This document shows, in pieces, positions 54,971 to 64,000 of a DNA stretch of 64,000 bases. Position numbers and translations under genes: made by a program. The first letter of the stretch is position 1; the number at the start of each line of letters is the position of its first letter. Below the pieces are notes generated by a model, which was not told where the DNA came from, made no database searches, and saw nothing but the letters and a program-made list of their open reading frames with translations. Where the stretch lies: the NCBI GenBank assembly GCA_012295275.1, contig CM022671.1, forward strand, positions 25,172,001 to 25,236,000. The letters are read 5' to 3'. This stretch comes from Chrysomallon squamiferum (lineage: Eukaryota; Animalia; Mollusca).

Positions 54971-55882
54971 ACATATTTTGCTCAAATCCATTATTAATGT
55001 ATGTTATTGGAATTACACTACACTGGCTGTTTGTTATCATATATTATCAGTGTTAAAGATTTTTTAACTGAAGAATTGTTAACTACTACAAAACAAAGTA
55101 CAGGGTTAAAGATAACTACTGCAAAACAAAGTACAAGGTTAAAGAGTACATTTCTGTGTAAACTGTGAACCATGTTGTTAATGTCAACAGTAGTTTGACG
55201 TGAACAGTTTGTACTGCTTTTAGTAATAACTGTAATTAACAATTATTACATTTCTGCTTGAGAACTGAGTTTTTGTTTTGTACAGAATGATGCAAGTTGA
55301 GGAACAGAAATACATTGTGATGCAAAGTTTAAAGGATTATGAAGTAAAGAAATAATGTTTGATAATAGAATTAATTCAGGATTATTTTTTTAATATTCTC
55401 TTTCCTTTTCCATTATATACTATGTTAATACATCCTTTTTAAAAATGAACGGGGTGATGCAACAGCAAAAAAACTTGTGATTTTTGCTACACTAATCCAG
55501 TGAAAACTGGAAAATGAAATATTTTCTACATAAAACGCGTACAGCAGCTGACAAACATGAAGTCAGTTTTGAACATTTTGTGAAACCTGAGACACTAATG
55601 GGTTTCACAAACTCTTTCACATAATCCTTGGAATGTCTGAAAATACTGAAACACTGCAGTATATTCCCTATTAACATTCAAACCATACTTAAAACTGACA
55701 CCACTGAAATTTTATTTAACTGAAAAACCAAGATCACTGGAATTTCCGATAATTAATTTTAGTTTTTTTTGTTCTTTCTTGGTAGAATTTAATTTTCTTT
55801 CCCTTTCCTGTCTTTTTTATGTTCTTTTATTTCATTCTGACTTATTCAGGTTGGTTGTACAGTGTATATATTTGGTAAACTC

Positions 55883-55934
<52 letters not shown>

Positions 55935-58900
55935 ATATGTGGGAATATAGGTATGTATAAAAATGCGTGTAGAAACAGGATAAAAAAAATAATATATATT
56001 TATCTAGTATGTGTGTGTATATATATGTATGTATCTGGGTGGGTGGGTATATGAAGTCCCAGTCGGTATTTAACTTGTCACATTCCTGAGCCGATCTATT
56101 CCTATATTTTTTATCTTTTTTTTTTTTTGACTCCCAGATCTATTCAGTATTGTGCGTATCCACCTGTCTATTGTGTGTTGATTCTTGTTGTGGAGCTGTC
56201 AGGCTTCTAATCTTTTGACTCCTAGTCAACTGTATCACTCACAATCAAAGGGTCAGGTTATAATACTAGCTGATGCGTGTAATCTCCACGGAAGGCAAGA
56301 TCTTCCCTGATCTTGACCCCTTGCTTCAAGACAGCAGCTAATGTTATTTAGAACTGATTGATTGGCTGTCGTTCTCGCCTGCTAATGATCACATTTAATA
56401 CATAAGATAAAATCCATTTAACACACTGCCACACAATAAACCACACGCAGATTGATTAAGACAAGACTTTATTGATGTTCCTTTTGTCATCGTTATATAG
56501 CAGGTAGATATTTACAGCAGATTATGGCATGACGTACGTACATATATATATATGTACACACACCTCGGTCCTACGTATATCTATGAATGTATGTACCCAT
56601 TATATTGTTTTCACATTATTTAATTTTCAGGTGGAGAGTTCACTGATTCACATATAGTTGTGGTATTTACCTCGTTTATTGAAGTTAAGTGTCGTAAGTT
56701 GTTATGCTTTGCTAGTAATAATTTAATTCGAATTTGGTCACACGTTCTGCGTGTTTGTGTTATTTAAAACCAAACTTAGACTGTTTTTTCGGTTTGGATG
56801 GATATTAGTATTTGGTTTACTGTTCTACTGGAAATTTGCCATTTTTAGAACTTCTGATTATTGATTTGTTGTTTGTTGGGGGTTTGTTGTTTGTTGATTT
56901 TTGTTGAGGTTTTTTATTTTTATTTTTATTTTTATTTTTTTTGATTTGGAGTGTTGTTTGGATTTGGACCTGATTTGTAAATCAGCAAAGTTTCGAAGTC
57001 CTGTACATGATAAGTTGATATCTTCTTTATTGGGAATTTTTGTTCTGTGAGGAAAGCCTCAGATAAGAAATTTGTTTAAAAGAAAGCCATTTTCAGACAG
57101 AAGAAGCTGTGTTCTACAGATTCCAATTTGAAAGGTGAGAGAAAAAAGAACCAACTTGCTTAAATCAAAGATTATTTCCAATTTATAGTGTATTTGTATG
57201 TACCAGTTATTTTAACTAAAGCTAGTATTACATGTTATTTGTAAAGTAACAAATACAGTGTTTGAAAATATATGGTGAAATTTTATCTTTTATGTTGATA
57301 TAATAATATACATAGAAATATACAAAAAAAATTAAACAGCAAATCATTGCAGATTTGTTTTCCCAGCCTATTCAGGAGTTTTGTTGTTGTTTTTTTTTTT
57401 GGTGTGTTTTTTGTAAATGAGTGTGTGTGTATGTGTGTATTTTGATTTATGAAATGTCTTAATAAAAGGAAAAATGTCAGCCTACATGAATTTTTATGAA
57501 CCTTTTCTTTATTACTAGCTTAGATTTTTGTTAAGGGTAAATGGATGTGTATGAAATCTACTGGTATTTATCCATCTGAGATCAGTTTTAATTAGCTGGT
57601 ATTCAGTAGATGTCAGATGAAGCAGCATATGCAGTATTTTTCAAATGTTAGTTGAGACTGCTTTAAGTATCATTAGAAAAAAGCAGAGAGGTTGAGAGAA
57701 AACAACAGATACTTCTATAATTCATTAACAATGGCACTCCAAGTTACCAAAGAATAAACTGTCATACCGTATCGATTTTCAATTATGATGAAGATTATAA
57801 AGGGCCAAATTAAAGGAATCGAGATCATTGATGGTCTTTTTCATAAGTAAAACATTGTAAATCATATGTTATAAGACATGGAATACATGAATTTTAAAAA
57901 TTGCTATAAACTGGCAGAGATGATATTAAAATATATGATGTAGATGATTTATGTACATGTTTATTATAATGTATTATCAAAATTTGAAAGCTACAGCTGT
58001 AAAAACTTAAAGGTATTGTTATGTTTCTCATCATTGTCTTCATCATCATAAAGATGGTAATAATGATGATAATAACAAAAATAATAATAATAAAATGGTG
58101 ATAATAATAATAAATGATGATGATAATGTGGAATTTTCAAACTGGAATCTAAATACTGTGTTACATGAGAGGATTCAAGGTAGGAAAGTGAATTGCATGG
58201 AACTAATGTAAATCTTTGTTGTGTGGAATGTCAAATGTTTTATCAAACTGTGAAAAACTGAAGGTTCTGTTTGCTTTTTGCTTTGAACAAATACAGCAGA
58301 CCTCACAGTCACACAAGTTTTTTCTCTCTAAATATTAAAAATCTGTTTTTTATTTTTTTATTTTTTTATCCATCTGTTATGATACAGTCTCTGTTCATTG
58401 AGTCAAAACAATTGTAAATAGAAATAGCTTTTTTTTTTTTTTTTTTTAAATTTTAAAATAAATATATATAATTTAATGCACTGTTTTTTTTGAGATTTAA
58501 TTTAGAAGAAAAAAAAAAGAGAAAGAAAATTTATTGATGGTTTGAATTGTGGATCAGGAACTGACTGCTCTGCACACATAGTTTTAAGTATGTGAGAATC
58601 AATAAAAAAAAAATTCTTGAAAATCCCTAGGGATAATTACATGAAAATTTAATCATGCACCAACCTCTTAGTGCTTAATTGAACCAGACTTGCCACTTTA
58701 CATGTGTTTTCTGAAGCAGTTAGTGCATTTTTCTCCAGCTCTTTGCTGTTTGTATTGGATTGGAAATAGTGTCATTTATGTGTTGTTTGAAGTGGACATA
58801 CATTTTTGTACAGATGTAATGTATTGATCATAAAGTTGGTCCAAAAAAAAAATGAAAGAACAAGAAAGTGCAGTTTTCCCAAGGACTGAATGTAAATAAT

Positions 58901-61900
58901 TGTGCTTATTAAAGATTGTGTCAGGAATCGGATTTTAATTATATATATTTCTCTTTGTTAATTAGAATTGAGTTTTCTTCACTTTTCTTCTTATAATATT
59001 TAAAAAAAAAAAAAATTAATTCATTGTATTATTATTTTTTATTATTATTCTGGTCTGCAGATATTGTTTTTATATTCTGATAAATAATTGACACTGTCTT
59101 TTCAATCCTTACAGGTATTTGCATGTGATTATTCGTAGCAACTCTTTTTCTCCTGATCTATGCTCTTTTTCTTTTTCTCTTTTTATTCCTGATACTTTTT
59201 CCTTGAACAATTCGATCAAATTTTTATGTTGAAAAATGAAGCCTACTCTACAATATTTTCCTGTCACATTATTATTATTATTTTTTTTTTTATAGTTATT
59301 TACTTAATTGTAGGGATTGTCTAGGCTTAACCTTGACACTGTGTCAGACGATAGGTAATTCCTTTATGTTGCAGAGCACTGAACATACATATATATTTTT
59401 TTTTTTCTCAGTCTAACAAAAGGCTTTGTGCTTTCCATGTCTGCAGTCTGTGAATTGACATTAGTTCTGCTGTTCTGTATGTTGCCCCAGATATTTAATA
59501 AGTGAATGTGATAATACAGTATGTAAGCAAATATGCAAAACAATGTTTTATAAATATACCACTAAAAAATAACAACAGATATTTAAAAAAAAAATAATAA
59601 AAAAAAAAAATAATAATAATAAGACAACAACAAAATACCACCCCAAATACAAATAAATTAAAATGAGAGAAAGAAAGTAAAAGAAAGTAAAATAAAGTCA
59701 TGTTATTTAATTTGTATAATTGTTTTGCTTACAGAGGTGCTGTCAGTAATTAACACACACAGCTGTGTTGTTCATGGTGTGGAATACAGAGACTGTTACT
59801 GAGCTGATGTAATCAAATGAAGGTATGTGTTAATTGTTCTGATTATTATTTCTTATATGTCACACTATGTATGTTCATTAATCTCCTGTAGTTAAGTTAT
59901 GACTGTTACACAATACACAAAATACACATACAGTACTCACAACAAACATGCAGTACGTATGTTTACTTACCTCTTGTTACTATATAACTCGTGCACAATG
60001 TAATTATACAATAAGAGTAATACACATTGCATTTGACACATACACAGTACACATAACACGTGTGTATGTTTGTATCTGTATGTGTGTATGTGTATGTGTC
60101 CTGTAGTTACTGTATGACAAATACATAAAACAATACACACAACTCACATAAGCATGTTAGTAAACTTGTATAGTTACTGTATGACAAATACACAGCACAC
60201 ACACATACAATGCAAAACAAACGTGTTAAATATTAATTCAGTACAAGTTTTGTTAAATAAATATTCAATCATTTGTATGTGACACTTCGTATGTGCTGGT
60301 TGATGTATTTTTGATCTCTGTTGTTTAGAGGTGTTTTCTGTGAACTTTTGTGTTGTGTACAGGTACAGTTAAATATTCACCGTGTATTGCTGCTTGTGTC
60401 TACCATATTTTTATTTAGATGACAGTTTTCTCTGAATTGACTCTTGGCACAGTTTACACAGCAATTTGACTGCTTTAAAACTTTAAATTTATGATTATCA
60501 GACACTGCATAAGGAAAATACCTTACATCTGTTTGTAAAAGGTCTCAAGTACTGAAGTACTGGCATTTTTTAAATTACTTTTTTTTTTTTTTTGTTAATG
60601 GTGACTGTTACACATACAATTGATTTAATTAAAAAATTATTAATAAAAATAAATGAAGGAAAGAAAGAAAAAAACAAAAAATTAAAAGTGAACAACAGAA
60701 CACAAAATACTCAGAAAAGAACAATGCTGGTAATTATGTATATTTTCATTCTGCAGACAGGAACAGGATGATGCATATGTCCAATTAGTGATGTTTTTGG
60801 CATCATGCTTCCTGTTGATTTTTTCCTGCCTAGCATTCAAAACTGCAGATCGTTTCCTCTGTTGAGAGTACTGTATAAGATTCTCTAATATTTTCAAATT
60901 TAAGTTTCCATCAAGTGATGTCAGTCTGTATTAACATTTTTTTACAAAGGCAGAAGTTTCTTGTGTCAAATTGCTCATTGTTTATTTCGTTCTGGCAAAA
61001 GTAAATGACTTTTTAAATCAGTGTAAAAGTTATTATTTTTATTTTTTTATTTTTTTGTTTTTTTTTAGGAACACATAGGCACTGGACCTTTGCCAAGTTA
61101 AAAAAAGTACATACAAATAATAATTTTATATTTTAATTATATATCATATCAGAAACTTCTACCATATTTCCTTAGTTTATTTTTATTGGAAAATAAGAAG
61201 TTTGTGAAAATAAAAATGAAAAGAAAAAAGAGATCAAATTCCCCACTTAAATCTCCAACTACATATTAACCACCAGAGCACAAAAAATATTTTATAAAAA
61301 ATACAATTTAAAAAGTAAAATAAATTCCTATACCTTACTTAACAGTTCTTGGGGAAACACAGAAGTGATTATGATTATCAAACAGTGAAAATTCATTGTT
61401 GTTTGAAATTAGAATAGTCCATCAAAGTAAAGAAAAGTAAGTGTGACTGGGGTTTAGGGATGCTGGAAAAATTAAGGTTAGGATTAGGGTTGGGATTTGG
61501 GGTAGAGCTGTGACTCGGGTTCAAGGATGTTAATGTCCTTTGTTCTAGTTATTCAATGGTGTTGTGTTTTTGAAAACATTATTTTAAAAATGTCTACAGG
61601 AAATCTTTTCACTGGTGGATGGACATTGATTTGGCCAAATATTCATTGCACAAACATGTTGTAACACAACACAAACATTTTAATAGAAATATTTGCCATC
61701 TCTTTCTGCATGTTTAACAAGCACTTCTGATTGATCATTAAAATAAACATTTGCAGGAATTTTAAAATTTTGAGGTTTCAAAAAAACATACATGGATTAA
61801 GCACCTGTGTCTTGGCTTTTTAAGTAATGTTTGCTTTCTGATACTTCTGATTAAAGTGCTTCTGTTTTCACTCAACATGATTCACTTGCAAGTTTTATGT

Positions 61901-63064
61901 GTTTTACCAATTCTCGAAAAATGTAATTAAACTGAAATTAAACATAACCTATTATACTGCTTGCCCTTTTTAACAGAATATAGAGACTGTGGTTTTGGTC
62001 TAGGACAGTGGTGTATGTAAATGTCTGTCTGTTTGGCTTTATTTCATTTCTGTGTGTTACACCTGTATATACACAAATATCTGTATTATATACAGACAAT
62101 ACTTAAAATAAATCAAGTTTATTTTTAAAATACTTGAAATTAAAAAATTAGATAATATAAAGTTGTTTAGCTATATTAGTCTGTGGGGGTTTATTTGCCA
62201 TGTTCAAACTGCAGTAAAATTACAGTTTTCTGTATTTAAACTTTATTGGTTATGATGACCAAAGTATTTGTTATTTAAAAAAGTAAATAAATAATAACTA
62301 AATAAAGCAAAAAAAAATAAATAAACAAAATTTGACACAAAAATACATTAAATGTTTAAAACAATAAATAAATAAAAAACACATCAAACTGTATCTTTCA
62401 GATAAAAACATTTTTTATTTACAGGATTATATTTACCAGTCTTTGGACTCTATACTTATGTCATTACTTTACACTGCATAACAGAATGTGTTGTTTTGTT
62501 TTGTTTGTTTGTTCTAAAATTCATTTACAACTGAATAATCTGTCACAGAAATTTTTGAATACATTTGGACAAGAGCCAGAGGTTTTATCTTTTTATCCTT
62601 GATGAATGTTTAACAACACATCAGTTCATTCATATTAAAGTTTTATTTAAAAACAAATAATAATAAAAGTAAAATTCTGACACACAGATAAAGTTTAATG
62701 GTTTTACACAAAAATACATTTAATGTTTAAAACAATAAATAAATAAAACGAGAGCAGAATTCCACTACTACAAAACTGTTGGCTGTTCTTTTCTGTTAGT
62801 TTCAGAGGACCTTTTATGGTTATATTTGCCTGTACAGTAAAACACATACCGCAGATCTTCACAGAGATATAAGCCCACAAAAAACCAGTGATGAATGATT
62901 GAATGGATGTTTAACACACACACACACACACACACAAATGTCACACCACTCAAACAAAACATTTTCATACTGATGAGTACAAGTACCTCCCACATTTTGT
63001 ACAATTATATTAAATGAAAAGAAAATTGTTCTCATTGCTTGAATGACTTACTGAAAATAAATTT

Positions 63065-63105
<41 letters not shown>

Positions 63106-63290
63106 GTAAATAAATAAATAAATATTGTAAAAAACAACAAAAAATCAAAACCTCAACCTCAGAAAAAGAAAAAATAATTAATAATAATAATAATTTCATA
63201 TTGCCTGATTAAGTGATGTGGGAAGTAAATATTTAAAAAATGTCTTGTGTATGTTAATGTGAGTACAGAGGTTTAAGGTAGAGAATTAAC

Positions 63291-63646
63291 ATTTATTTTA
63301 TTTTATTTTATTTTATTTTATTTTATTTTATTTTATTTTATTTTATTTTATTTTATTTTATTTTATTTTTATTTTATTTTATTTTTTTTTATTTTTTTTT
63401 TTTATTTTTTTTTTTTTTATTTATTTTATTTTATTTTATTTTATTTTATTTTATTTTTATTTTTATTTTTATTTTTTATCTTTATTTTAATTTATTTTAT
63501 TTTATTTTATTTTATTTTATTTTATTTTATTTTAATTAAATTTTTATCTTTTTATTTAATTTTTTTAAATTTTTTAAATTTTATTTTTATTTTTATTATT
63601 TTTATTTTTATTTTAAGTTATTTATTTTTTTATTTTTTATTTTTTA
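63291..63646. repeat. (TTTTA)n pentanucleotide / T-rich low-complexity tract
   Basis: Directly visible. Confidence 0.9.
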
Positions 63647-64000
63647 AATAATTGATTTGCAAAAGAAAAACGTTCATTCCTTATAAGGAAATACAATATC
63701 CGCAAAAAATGTATATGGGGTGATTTGTAGCAGGACAGGCCTTCCCTTACCCCACGAATCTGTATTTCCCTTTTAACATTTTAACTGTTCATTTGTTTAT
63801 TTATTTTAACCTTAGCCATGTCACACCGTGTGTTTACAAAAGACCACGGTACACTAAAATAGCCACAGAGGTACAGTGTGTGGGTCTGACTGGGAGGTGA
63901 TGTGTCACTGAACACGAAGCTGTCATCAGAAACATGTTGTTTACAACGAGTAACTGGGTTCACTTTTTTCCATTTGCCTGTTACATTATTTCAAACCTGG

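Noticed and set aside
56076-56545. Possible solo LTR (starts TGTCAC, contains AATAAA)
   Set aside because: No convincing terminal inverted ends or target-site duplication could be identified.

Overview
AT-rich, microsatellite-rich eukaryotic (animal) genomic DNA; the repeat content and GPCR type suggest an invertebrate, probably a mollusc (inference). Three spliced housekeeping genes were reconstructed by hand with consistent GT-AG phases: the 3' part of TRMT2A (+, 475-8690), a complete TLC-domain gene of the TLCD3/FAM57 type (-, 10119-13045) and a complete SSRP1 (-, 40367-48008). Between TLCD3 and SSRP1 lies a ~27 kb accessory interval. It holds two paralogous single-coding-exon class A GPCRs with strongly non-canonical motifs, two Tigger/pogo-type elements, a tandem duplication with reciprocal indels, a decayed Penelope-like retroelement and a ~1.65 kb inverted repeat. 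The last ~15 kb has no recognisable coding sequence, only candidate non-coding exons and degenerate repeats. No tRNA, rRNA or CRISPR was found. The most notable observations are the atypical GPCR pair, a duplicated decoy acceptor in TRMT2A that lacks the branch point, and the long hairpin-capable repeat 3' of SSRP1.
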